Assembly (NCBI GenBank): GCA_026770705.1
Contig: JANJGN010000052.1
Coordinates: 558,001-622,000 of the forward strand
DNA length: 64,000 bases
Source: Isurus oxyrinchus
Lineage: Eukaryota
Direction: 5' to 3'
This document shows positions 39,331 through 51,969 of this stretch, piece by piece (position 1 is the first letter of the stretch; each line of letters starts with the position of its first letter). Made by a program: the position numbers and the translations under genes. The notes beneath the pieces are model-generated. The model saw only the letters and a list, made by a program, of their open reading frames with translations. It was not told the origin of the DNA and ran no database searches.

Positions 39331-40654
39331 CAAAGGCAATTGGGGATGGGCAACAAATACTGGCCTAGCCAGTGACACCAACATCCCTGAAATGAATAAG
39401 AAAAAAATGTATCAATCAATTAAATTTATTGATTAATCGAATCGAAATTCCTCCAGCTGCCGTGGTGGGATTTGAACCCGTGCCTTCAAAGCATTCACCT
39501 GGGCCTCTGGATCACTGGCCTAGTGCCATTCCCATTGTGCGACTGTCTGCTATCATCATGGCTCTTTCACATCGATGTGGAAGTCCTGATAACAGAAGCA
39601 TTGGACGAGGTACAGAAAGGTGACAAATCAGGAGCTCCATTGCTCAATATGAACGGATAATAAAGATAAATGAACATAAACCTTCCAGTCGCTAATTAGG
39701 GAGTCACTGTGGAGCCCATGAGTCCCTCGCAGCGCTATTGCAACCTTCTGGATCCCCAGTAGGGGACTCGGGGTGCAGCTGTGTCTTCCTCATCATTTGG
39801 AAAAGCCGGAATTGTTCGGGTGCCCCTTCAAACAGGCCGAAGGTGCAGTGGGTGATGTCTCCCACAGGCCCTGGGAGACCTCCCCTGCCAATTTGTTTTG
39901 TAGCTTATTCTTCAACTGCGACATTGGATCAGCTTGAAAAAGGGTGGGTCTGAGGCAATACCACCAGGTAAGCGTCTATCCCCTCCCACTTCACCCCCCC
40001 ACCCCCGTAACCATCACAGTCCCTCCCATCGTGCTGGAGGAGCATAATGTGCACATTCCCCTCCTTCCAATCAGTCTCCTCCCTTCCTCTCTAATCCTTG
40101 ATCTTATTGTGTTCGGGGTTGACATCCCAGTCCTCCTCCCTAGACTGTCTGATGTTGACATCCCAATGCCCCATGTAGACCTGACCTCTCTCCAACTAGA
40201 GGCCCATTGTACTGTGACTTACAGAGACCACCGGCCCCCCTCGATTCCCACCCCCACACCTACTCTCTATATTACCTGCTCCCCACTGACAGGCTGCAGA
40301 TGCCTCCCCTGACTGGGATTGTGCCACCTGCGGCCTAGTATCAAGCCACCCACCCCCAGGATGGACGTGTGTGAGGGACTGACCACGTCACTCACACCAT
40401 GCTGGGCACCACCAACCCAGGACTGCCAGACTCTCCCCACCACACTGGACTGGGACTAGAATAGGCGTGCCAAGCACAGCTCTCTAAATCGTGGCGCAGA
40501 CCCACAGCACTCGCAATGTTTTGTGGCCCGAATCCTTGCTGAGCAACTGCCCAGCACTAAAAGCAAAAAAACTGCAGATGCTGGAAATCCAAAACAGAAA
40601 CAGAAACAGAAATACCTGGAAAAACTCAGCAGGTCTGGTAGCATCGGCGGAGAA

Positions 40655-41205
40655 GTACTGAGGTAGTGCGGCACTGTCGGAGGTTCAGTACTGAGGGAGT
40701 GCTGCACTGTCGGAGGGTCTGAACTGAGGGAGTGCTGCACTGTCGGAGGCTCTGAACTGAGGGAGTGCTGCACTGTCGGAGGCTCTGAAATGAGGGAGTG
40801 CTGCACTGTCGGAGGGTTTGAACTGAGGGAGTGCTGCACTGTCGGAGGGTCTGAACTGAAGGAGTGCTGCACTGTCGGAGGGTCTGAACTGAGGGAGTGC
40901 TGCACTGTTGGAGGGTCTGAAATGAGGGAGTGCTGCACTGATGGAGGGTCTGAACTGAGAGAGTGCTGCACTGTCGGAGGTTCTGAACTGAGGGAGTGCT
41001 GCACTGCCTGAGGGTTTGGACTGAGGGAGTGCTGCACAGTCGGAGGGTCTGAACTGAGGGAGTGCTGCACTGTCGGAGGGTTTGAACTGAGGGAGTGCTG
41101 CACAGTCGGAGGGTCTGAACTGAGGGAGTGCTGCACTGTCGGAGGGTTTGAACTGAGGGAGTGCTGCATTGTCGGAGGGTCTGATCTGAGGGAGTGCTGC
41201 ACTGT
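40655..41205. repeat. 33-bp minisatellite array, variant ...gggtctgaactgaggg
   Basis: About 16 units; source of ORFs 40456..41202, 40626..41315 and 40685..41230. Confidence 0.92.
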
Positions 41206-41938
41206 CTAAAGAACATTGTACAAATAGCACAAAATTTCATCTGATGCCTGTGTCTCATGCTAACATGAAGTTCATGCACACAACAGGAATATTTCTCGCT
41301 GTTTCTCTGCAGCAAGACAGCTTTGGTATCACACCACCCACTGGCAAGAGTGTGCAGTTACAATGTGACATGTTTACATTGGAAATTTCTATTATAAAGA
41401 TGGACAGAGGAATTCATCTGATTGGAAAACGTGACAACAGGAAGCTATGTCTTTGAGCCAAGTATTTTGCAGCAAAACAAGAATTTTAATCTTTAAATAC
41501 CTACAGAACAGGCTGAGCATTTTAATCACTTGAGTTAATCAATGTAATTTTATTCATAAGCCAAATGCTTCTTACAATCTATCGCAGCATGAAAAAGGTG
41601 CAGCATTCAGAAAGCACATTCCAATCAGAGAACAGAGTTTAGCAACGTCACATTTCTGTTCATTCCTATTCGATGAACAATTTCAAAAGGAAATTGGACG
41701 GACACTTGGAAATAAATTTGCAGGGATACGGGGATAGAGCAGGGGATGGGACTGAGTGGATTCCTTTACAGAGAGACAGCATAGACTCAATGGGCCAAAT
41801 GTCCTCCTCCATTGCTGGAATGACTCGATGATACGGAAATGATTATAACCAGGACACTGACCAGTTTCATTACAACTTAACACAACATCACACGTTATTT
41901 GTCCGCACTGACTGACCAGATTGTTGCTGTACAAAGCT

Positions 41939-42078
41939 TCAAACAGTCTGTCGACTTCCTTTCACTGTTTGTCTCTCCCAGACACAGACTCCAGCGATAG
42001 TGATAACCACAGCCACAAGGAATATCACAGCTCGTATTCCCAGGATCAGGATCACGTGCAGAATCTCTCCTCCACTGT
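41939..42078 (-). CDS. Terminal TM exon, activating type: (D)SGGEILHVILILGIRAVIFLVAVVITIAGVCVWERQTVKGSRQTV*
   Basis: Acceptor gtgttctctag|, phase-1 entry, hydrophobic helix with internal Arg, about 12-aa tail without Tyr, TGA at 41939-41941. Minus-strand AATAAA at 41549-41554. Confidence 0.88.
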
Positions 42079-43192
42079 CTAGAGAACACACAGAAAGAAA
42101 TCATCACTGACTCTCCGCTTTCAATCTCTCACTCTGGCTGAACAATCAAGCTTCATATCACTGCAACATTTGCTGTAATATTGACACATCCACTGGGATT
42201 CAATGTGGAATGAATGTTTTCATTGTAAACACTCTAAGAGTGGACAATCGGAACTTTCTCCTTAGCGTGGAACATTGGTGAGAATGGATCATTGTGCTGT
42301 TGGACTCCCTGTCCAATGTTTCTCTCCATCGCTGTGTACAGGATTGTGCTGTAGAAAATTCTGGAAACCTTTAGTGCCGGGTGAAAATCCATCTCAGCCG
42401 TGTGTGCGAATCGGGCAGTATCGGGATGGACTCCCCCACGGACTTACACCCCCCGCTTAATAAACAGTTCCAATCTTTACCCAGAGAGAGGGGAGAATAT
42501 GGAACTCGCTCCCACAGGGAATGGTTGAGGTGAATAGTAGGAAATTAGGAAGTGAAATTGCTTGAAAAGCTTGGAGATGCAAGGGTTAAGTGTTACCGTG
42601 CTACCACTGGTGGGAGAGTGTAACTACAGCGTGATGTTTACATAGGCAATCCCCATTATGAACATGGACATCATGTGAAAAATGGGCACTGGAAAGCTGA
42701 GAACTTGATGTAAGCTTTTCACCAACAGGAATTCCCTTCCTAAACCTCTCCACTTCCCTCTTACTCTCAGATACTCAAACAAAATTTCACACAAAATCAC
42801 GTAAGGAGGAATTGGGACTGGTGACTGGTCAAAGAGTTAGATTTCAGGAAGGTTCTTAAAGTAGGATAGAGAGTTGGAGAGGCAGAGAGTATCTGTGAGT
42901 ATCTCTGTGCATCTGAGTGTCTGTAATAGACTTTGCAATTTCCATATTCTTCCATAAATATGAAAGGGAACACAAATCCCAGAATCCAGGTCAACTCTCC
43001 GGTGCAGCACTGAGGGAGGTCAGGTAATCCACAGGGGAGTATGTGCTAGTGTGTTTGTTTGTGAGTGTGTCTTTGTGTGTGCTCATAGATGTGGGATTGT
43101 GTGTATGCAGGTGTCTATTTAAGGCTGTATATTTATGTGTGTTTTTGTAGTGTTTCAATCTGAGAGAGATGTTGAAGTTTGTCTTAACTAAC

Positions 43193-43344
43193 GTTCCACA
43201 GTGATGGTTATGAACCCCTCCACTGCTCCATGTTCATTCTCTGAGCACACTGATAGTCTCCAGTGTCCCTGGATGTAACGTGAGGAATCACCAACCACAG
43301 CTCATTGTTGGAACTTGTTCTGTTCATTGTGATATTCAGATGTC
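43193..43344 (-). pseudogene. 5'-truncated, frameshifted remnant of a C2 (domain-3-type) exon
   Basis: Matches the 3' half of the exons at 17776-18057 and 18873-19154 (HLNITMNRTSSNNELWLVIPHVTSRDTGDYQC). One nt is missing after the Cys codon and the 5' half with its acceptor is absent. Confidence 0.85.
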
Positions 43345-43667
43345 AGGACTGGACTCAACAAGACAGATTGCAGGTTTACCAACAGAAAGTGAACAACAAT
43401 TTATATTTAAAGGGAAGAGAGTGCTGGTTAATCAGCAAGTGGTCTCTGATTGGAGGAGGTGTTGCCATGGAAAATAATGTGTGTGAGATGCAAAGTTTAG
43501 ACAGCTTGTCTCTTCATTCAGCAACAATCAAATAAAGATCAGTTAACTTCTATCGACTGTGAAGCACTTTGAGAGGCATGAGAATGTGGACACTGAGAAC
43601 GGGCTGCACTGTCAGAGGGTCAGCGCTGAGGGAGTGCTGATGTAGAATGAAGGGTGTCCGTACTTAC

Positions 43668-43964
43668 CTTGCATAGTTAGTACGAGGGTCCGCTCCGATG
43701 AAACAGATGGATATCTCACTCTGCAGCTGAGATTGTGTCTGTGGTGTTTGAGTGATGGGATCAGGGTCAGAACAGAAGTATAGGTCAGAGTGACACCATG
43801 CTGAGTTACAGTGTTTGAGACTGATCCAGGTACGTCAGTGGGAGTGTCCCAGGTTAAGACAGGTGCTGCTGTTCCATTGCACGTTGTGTTGAAGGTGCAG
43901 CTTACATCCACACGCTTTCCTGCAATAATTTCAGCAGGGAATATCATGGGTTTATCTGTGAAAT
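43668..43964 (-). CDS. Siglec domain-2 C2-set Ig exon (DFTDKPMIFP...CTFNTTC...LSCRV...TLVLTMQ)
   Basis: Acceptor tgttag|, donor G|gtaagt, 297 nt, phase 1-1. Extra Cys in C-x5-C is typical of Siglec domain 2. Confidence 0.92.
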
Positions 43965-44692
43965 CTAACAGACAGAGAATGGATCCTTTTAGAGAAATAT
44001 AACGTGAAGCATCAGTTCAAATAGAAATCACAGTCCCACAAGAAAAAGCACTTTTACAAGGATGATATCAGATCTGAGAGGTTACAATGATTAGGAGAGA
44101 ATTTCCTGCTTTGAGACTTTGGTGTTTCTGTCTCTCAGTTTAACACACGTTCACTCCGAGACACTTGAACTGATAATAGTGGGTGAGGGTGGTGGAGCAG
44201 ACCAGAGTTTGGAGTGCACTAACCCATCAGTCCCTCAGCGATCTAGGCCATTTTTTACTTTGCAATTTGTGGGAGCTTGCTGTGCGCAAATTGGTTGCTG
44301 TGTTTCCCACATTACAATAGTAACTAAAATTCAGGAATCAGCTCATTGGCTGTGAAGTGATTTGGTCCATGCTGAGGTGGTGAAAAGTGCTACAGAATTG
44401 TGAATCTTTCTTCTGTCGCTAAGTCAGACTTCGAGACAGGATTAGAGAGATCGATGGGAGTGGATAACCTGATAACATTGATGGACACAGTCAATACATT
44501 TAATCATTGATATTAAAGTGAGTATTAGAGGTTGCTTTAGGACTGAACTGGAAGCTATCACCAGGTTACTGAGAATCAGACAGTGTGTTATAATAAACTG
44601 TGTTTTGTGTTAATATGTAAACGTCACAGTTTGTGTTGTTTCCCATTGAGTGTTGAATGTGAATTGTTGAGTAATTATAACACAGCACTTAC

Positions 44693-45058
44693 CAGAAACG
44701 TGAACCTGGGTTACAGGGTAATAGTTATGGCTCGGACCATTGTCAAATTCTATTCTGAAAAAATAAGGTCCTGCATCTTCCCATGTGATGTTGTTTATAA
44801 TCAGGGAACAGTCGCCATCTTTCAGGTCTCCAGACAGCCGGGTCCGATGGTGGAACCGTGGTAACTCGTGACTGTGATCCTTGGAGTGAAAGGCTATAGA
44901 CGATGTTCTCCATTCCTCATTATTAAGCCAGACTCCACGTCGCGGTTGGTTTTCCAGACATGATGGATAACTATAATGACATGGAATCTGTACACAGGAA
45001 CCTTCCTGCGCTGTCACCTCTCGTGGAGTGTCACCTTTCCACTCTTGTGAGGGTTCAG
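44693..45058 (-). CDS. Siglec V-set Ig exon V5
   Basis: 366 nt, phase 1-1, open frame, DAGPYFFR. Confidence 0.92.
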
Positions 45059-46997
45059 CTGCGGAGAGAAATCTCAATATTTAACTCTGAATGGTTTGTG
45101 GATCCACTGAACCCGATATTTACAGATGAGGCTGAATTGGGGGGATGGTCAATACTGAGGAGAATGGCAATAAATTATATTGTCAGGAAGAATAGAAAAA
45201 CAGGATATAATTTAAATGGTGACAGGCTGCAGTATGCAGTACAGAGGGATCTGGGTGTCCTGGTACATGAATCACAGAAAGTCAGCATTCAGGAACAACA
45301 CGGAATGAGGAAGGCAAGTGGAATGTTGGCCTTTATTGCAAAGGGATGGAGTATAAAAGGAGGGAAGTCTTGCAACAGCTACACAGGGCGTTAGTGAGAT
45401 TGTAACAGGATCATTGTGTACAGGCAGTTCAGAGAAGCTTCACTGGGCTGATTCCTGGGATTAAAGGGTTTGTCCTGTGAGGAAATGTTGAGCAGGTTGG
45501 GCCTGTATCCATTGGAGTTTAGAAGAATGAGGGGTGACCTTATTGAAACATATCCGATTCCGAGGGGGCTTGACAGGGTGGATGCTGGGAGGATGTTTCC
45601 CCCTCGTGGGGGAATCTAGAACCAGGGAGCACAGTTTCGGAATGAGGGCTCTCCCCCATTTAAGACTGAGATGAGGAGGAATTTCCTCTCTCAGAGGGGC
45701 GCTAGCCTGTGGAATTCTCTTCCCCAGAGAGCAGTGGAGGCTGGGCCATTGAATAGACTCAAGGCTGAGTGAGGCAGGTTTTTGATCGACAAGAGAGTCA
45801 AGGGTTTGGGGGACAGGCAGGAAAATGGAGTTAAGGCCACAACCAGATCAGTGAGAGCAGGCTCGAGGGGCCGAATGGCCTGCTCCTGTCCCTATTTCTT
45901 ATGTTCCTACATTCTTACCTTCTTAAAATATTAAAGCTGCAGAATAAACATGCAAGTGACTGACCCGCTCGACCCACTTTCCATCTGGGGGTCCCATGGG
46001 GAGGACCCTTCCTGAGCCAGATCCACCAGCCAACATGGTCTGGATCTGAGCACAGGAGACACGGGGGGGAGGGACTAACAGGCTCCTTGTGACAGGCCCC
46101 GTCTGTCCAATGGCTGGCTTTCAGCTGCCAAGGCCAGAGTTGTCCTTGCTAAAACCGGCTCAGGACAGGCCAGGACCCCTGTGCAGACCCCCTCCAGCGC
46201 TGCAGCCTCTGTACAAACCCCTCATGCGCTTGTGGAGAGACACAAACAAGGCTGCTCATTACCGAGGAGAATCCCCTCTACAGACTAAGGTGCTGACTCA
46301 TCACCCTAAACTCGGCAAATGAGGAGGCTCTCGCTCGGTATCGGGGCTTGGCATTCGCTCAATAAAAATAATCAAATGACATTTTGGTCAGAAATCTAAG
46401 GAGGTTGTACATTCCCTCAAAAATAAGACTCGATCTGGGGTCGAGAGTCAAAGGGCAACAACTTATATTTTCACAACAACTTTAACATGACAAATCACCT
46501 CAAGGTGCTACACAGGAGCGTCATAAAACAAAGTATGTCACCCAGACACATGTGGAGATATTAGCGACAGCTGACCAGAAGAGGTCGGTGTTATGGAGAG
46601 ACAGAGAGAAAGAGACAGAGAGAGAGAGAGAGAGAGGGAGAGGAAGAGGGAGAGGGAGAGGTTTAGGGTGGGAAGTCTAGGGTGGTGAAAGGCGCTGTAG
46701 AAATGTAAATCTTTCTTCTGTCGATATGTCAGACTTCAAGACAGGATTTGAGAGATTGATGGGAGTGGATAAACTGATAACATTGATAGACACAGTCAAC
46801 ACATTTAATCATTGATATTAAAGTGAGTATTAGACATTGCTTTAGGACTGAACTGGAAGCTATCACCAGGTTATTGAGAATCAGACAGTGTGTTATAATA
46901 AACTGTGTTTTGTGTTAATATGTAAACGTCACAGTTTGTGTTAATTCCCATTGAGTGTTGAATGTGAATTGTTGAGTAATTATAACACAGCACTTAC

Positions 46998-47363
46998 CAG
47001 AAACGTGAACCTGGGTTACAGGGTAATAGTTATGGCTCGGACCATTGTCAAATTCTATTCTGAAAAAATAAGGTCCTGCATCTTCCCATGTGATGTTGTT
47101 TATAATCAGGGAACAGTCGCCATCTTTCAGGTCTCCAGACAGCCGGGTCCGATGGTGGAACCGTGGTAACTCGTGACTGTGATCCTTGGAGTGAAAGGCT
47201 ATAGACGATGTTCTCCATTCCTCATTATTAAGCCAGACTCCACGTCGCGGTTGGTTTTCCAGACATGATGGATAACTATAATGACATGGAATCTGTACAC
47301 AGGAACCTTCCTGCACTGTCACCTCTCGTGGAGTGTCACCTTTCCACTCTTGTGAGGGTTCAG
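46998..47363 (-). CDS. Siglec V-set Ig exon V4
   Basis: 366 nt, phase 1-1, open frame, DAGPYFFR. Confidence 0.9.
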
Positions 47364-49296
47364 CTGCGGAGAGAAATCTCAATATTTAACTCTGAATGGT
47401 TTGTGGATCCACTGAACCCGATATTTACAGATGAGGCTGAATTGGGGGGATGGTCAATACTGAGGAGAATGGCAATAAATTATATTGTCAGGAAGAATAG
47501 AAAAACAGGATATAATTTAAATGGTGACAGGCTGCAGTATGCAGTACAGAGGGATCTGGGTGTCCTGGTACATGAATCACAGAAAGTCAGCATTCAGGAA
47601 CAACACGGAATGAGGAAGGCAAGTGGAATGTTGGCCTTTATTGCAAAGGGATGGAGTATAAAAGGAGGGAAGTCTTGCAACAGCTACACAGGGCGTTAGT
47701 GAGATTGTAACAGGATCATTGTGTACAGGCAGTTCAGAGAAGCTTCACTGGGCTGATTCCTGGGATTAAAGGGTTTGTCCTGTGAGGAAATGTTGAGCAG
47801 GTTGGGCCTGTATCCATTGGAGTTTAGAAGAATGAGGGGTGACCTTATTGAAACATATCCGATTCCGAGGGGGCTTGACAGGGTGGATGCTGGGAGGATG
47901 TTTCCCCCTCGTGGGGGAATCTAGAACCAGGGAGCACAGTTTCAGAATGAGGGCTCTCCCATTTAAGACTGAGATGAGGAGGAATTTCCTCTCTCAGAGG
48001 GGCGCTAGCCTGTGGAATTCTCTTCCCCAGAGAGCAGTGGAGGCTGGGCCATTGAATAGACTCAAGGCTGAGTGAGGCAGGTTTTTGATCGACAAGGGAG
48101 TCAAGGGTTTGGGGGACAGGCAGGAAAATGGAGTTAAGGCCACAACCAGATCAGTGAGAGCAGGCTGGAGGGGCCGAATGGCCTGCTCCTGTCCCTATTT
48201 CTTATGTTCCTACATTCTTACCTTCTTAAAATATTAAAGCTGCAGAAAAAACATGCAAGTGACTGACCCGCTCGACCCACCTTCAATCTGGGGGTCCCAT
48301 GGGGAGGACCCTTCCTGAGCCAGATCCACCAGCCAACATGGTCTGGATCCGAGCACAGGAGACACGGGGGGGAGTGACTAACAGGCTCCTTGTGACAGGC
48401 CCCGTCTGTCCAATGGCTGGCTTTCAGCTGCCAAGGCCAGAGTTGTCCTTGCTAAAACCGGCTCAGGACAGGCCAGGACCCCTGTGCAGACCCCCTCCAG
48501 CGCTGCAGCCTCTGTACAAACCCCTCATGCGCTTGTGGAGAGACACAAACAAGGCTGCTCATTACCGAGGAGAATCCCCTCTACAGACTAAGGTGCTGAC
48601 TCATCACCCTAAACTCGGCAAATGAGGAGGCTCTCGCTCGGTATCGGGGCTTGGCATTCGCTCAATAAAAATAATCAAATGACATTTTGGTCAGAAATCT
48701 AAGGAGGTTGTACATTCCCTCAAAAATAAGACTCGATCTGGGGTCGAGAGTCAAAGGGCAACAACTTATATTTTCACAACAACTTTAACATGACAAATCA
48801 CCTCAAGGTGCTACACAGGAGCGTCATAAAACAAAGTATGTCACCCAGACACATGTGGAGATATTAGCGACAGCTGACCAGAAGAGGTCGGTGTTATGGA
48901 GAGACAGAGAGAAAGAGACAGAGAGAGAGAGAGAGAGAGGGAGAGGAAGAGGGAGAGGGAGAGGTTTAGGGTGGGAAGTCTAGGGTGGTGAAAGGCGCTG
49001 TAGAAATGTAAATCTTCTGTCGATATGTCAGACTTCAAGACAGGATTTGAGAGATTGATGGGAGTGGATAAACTGATAACATTGATAGACACAGTCAACA
49101 CATTTAATCATTGATATTAAAGTGAGTATTAGACATTGCTTTAGGACTGAACTGGAAGCTATCACCAGGTTATTGAGAATCAGACAGTGTGTTATAATAA
49201 ACTGTGTTTTGTGTTAATATGTAAACGTCACAGTTTGTGTTAATTCCCATTGAGTGTTGAATGTGAATTGTTGAGTAATTATAACACAGCACTTAC

Positions 49297-49662
49297 CAGA
49301 AACGTGAACCTGGGTTACAGGGTAATAGTTATGGCTCGGACCATTGTCAAATTCTATTCTGAAAAAATAAGGTCCTGCATCTTCCCATGTGATGTTGTTT
49401 ATAATCAGGGAACAGTCGCCATCTTTCAGGTCTCCAGACAGCCGGGTCCAATGGTGGAACCGTGGTAACTCGTGACTGTGATCCTTGGAGTGAAAGGCTA
49501 TAGACGATGTTCTCCATTCCTCATTATTAAGCCAGACTCCACGTCGCGGTTGGTTTTCCAGACATGATGGATAACTATAATGACATGGAATCTGTACACA
49601 GGAACCTTCCTGCACTGTCACCTCTCGTGGAGTGTCACCTTTCCACTCTTGTGAGGGTTCAG
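49297..49662 (-). CDS. Siglec V-set Ig exon V3
   Basis: 366 nt, phase 1-1, open frame, DAGPYFFR. Confidence 0.9.
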
Positions 49663-51600
49663 CTGGGGAGAGAAATCTCAATATTTAACTCTGAATGGTT
49701 TGTGGATCCACTGAACCCGATATTTACAGATGAGGCTGAATTGGGGGGATGGTCAATACTGAGGAGAATGGCAATAAATTATATTGTCAGGAAGAATAGA
49801 AAAACAGGATATAATTTAAATGGTGACAGGCTGCAGTATGCAGTACAGAGGGATCTGGGTGTCCTGGTACATGAATCACAGAAAGTCAGCATTCAGGAAC
49901 AACACGGAATGAGGAAGGCAAGTGGAATGTTGGCCTTTATTGCAAAGGGATGGAGTATAAAAGGAGGGAAGTCTTGCAACAGCTACACAGGGCGTTAGTG
50001 AGATTGTAACAGGATCATTGTGTACAGGCAGTTCAGAGAAGCTTCACTGGGCTGATTCCTGGGATTAAAGGGTTTGTCCTGTGAGGAAATGTTGAGCAGG
50101 TTGGGCCTGTATCCATTGGAGTTTAGAAGAATGAGGGGTGACCTTATTGAAACATATCCGATTCCGAGGGGGCTTGACAGGGTGGATGCTGGGAGGATGT
50201 TTCCCCCTCGTGGGGGAATCTAGAACCAGGGAGCACAGTTTCAGAATGAGGGCTCTCCCATTTAAGACTGAGATGAGGAGGAATTTCCTCTCTCAGAGGG
50301 GCGCTAGCCTGTGGAATTCTCTTCCCCAGAGAGCAGTGGAGGCTGGGCCATTGAATAGACTCAAGGCTGAGTGAGGCAGGTTTTTGATCGACATGAGAGT
50401 CAAGGGTTTGGGGGACAGGCAGGAAAATGGAGTTAAGGCCACAACCAGATCAGTGAGAGCAGGCTGGAGGGGCCGAATGGCCTGCTCCTGTCCCTATTTC
50501 TTATGTTCCTACATTCTTACCTTCTTAAAATATTAAAGCTGCAGAATAAACATGCAAGTGACTGACCCGCTCGACCCACTTTCCATCTGGGGGTCCCATG
50601 GGGAGGACCCTTCCTGAGCCAGATCCACCAGCCAACATGGTCTGGATCCGAGTACAGGAGACACGGGGGGGGAGTGACTAACAGGCTCCTTGTGACAGGC
50701 CTCGTCTGTCCAATGGCTGGCTTTCAGCTGCCAAGGCCAGAGTTGTCCTTGCTAAAACCGGCTCAGGACAGGCCAGGACCCCTGTGCAGAACCCCTCCAG
50801 CGCTGCAGCCTCTGTACAAACCCCTCATGCGCTTGTGGAGAGACACAAACAAGGCTGCTCATTACCGAGGAGAATCCCCTCTACAGACTAAGGTGCTGAC
50901 TCATCACCCTAAACTCGGCAAATGAGGAGGCTCTCGCTCGGTATCGGGGCTTGGCATTCGCTCAATAAAAATAATCAAATGACATTTTGGTCAGAAATCT
51001 AAGGAGGTTGTACATTCCCTCAAAAATAAGACTCGATCTGGGGTCGAGAGTCAAAGGGCAACAACTTATATTTTCACAACAACTTTAACATGACAAATCA
51101 CCTCAAGGTGCTACACAGGAGCGTCATAAAACAAAGTATGTCACGCAGACACATGTGGAGATATTAGCGACAGCTGACCAGAAGAGGTCGGTGTTATGGA
51201 GAGACAGAGAGAAAGAGACAGAGAGAGAGAGAGAGAGAGGGAGAGGAAGAGGGAGAGGGAGAGGTTTAGGGTGGGAAGTCTAGGGTGGTGAAAGGCGCTG
51301 TAGAAATGTAAATCTTTCTTCTGTCGATATGTCAGACTTCAAGACAGGATTTGAGAGATTGATGGGAGTGGATAAACTGATAACATTGATAGACACAGTC
51401 AACACATTTAATCATTGATATTAAAGTGAGTATTAGACATTGCTTTAGGACTGAACTGGAAGCTATCACCAGGTTATTGAGAATCAGACAGTGTGTTATA
51501 ATAAACTGTGTTTTGTGTTAATATGTAAACGTCACAGTTTGTGTTAATTCCCATTGAGTGTTGAATGTGAATTGTTGAGTAATTATAACACAGCACTTAC

Positions 51601-51969
51601 CAGAAACGTGAAGCTGGGTTACAGGGTAATAGTTATGGCTCGGACCATTGTCAAATTCTATTCTGAAAAAATAAGGTCCTGCATCTTCCCGTCTGATGTT
51701 GTTTATAATCAGGGAACAGTCGCCATCTTTCAGGTCTCCAGACAGCCGGGTCCGATGGCGGAACCGTGGTAACTCGTGACTGTGATCTTTGGAGTGAAAG
51801 GCAATGGGAGCCCAGGGAATCTGTTCCTCATTATTAAACCAGAGTCCACCTCGCGGTTGGTTTTCCAGACACGATGGATAACTGTAATGACATGGAATCT
51901 GTACACACGAACCTTCCTGAGCTGTCACCTCTCGTGGAGTGTCACCTTTCCACTCTTGTGACAGTCCAA
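51601..51969 (-). CDS. Siglec V-set Ig exon V2
   Basis: 369 nt, phase 1-1, open frame, DAGPYFFR. Confidence 0.92.

Noticed and set aside
40456-41315. Long ORFs (248, 229 and 181 aa) with 11-aa periodicity; superficially CRISPR-like array
   Set aside because: A 33-bp minisatellite with no unique spacers, open in several frames, dispersed across the window, in eukaryotic context.
41895-42107. Cys-rich 70-aa ORF resembling a small peptide
   Set aside because: Wrong frame of the TM exon; the phase-1 frame gives a clean TM helix.
44960-45394. Repeated 144-aa plus-strand ORFs (also 47265, 49564, 51874)
   Set aside because: Antisense V exon running into a CR1 fragment; they recur only because of the tandem duplication.
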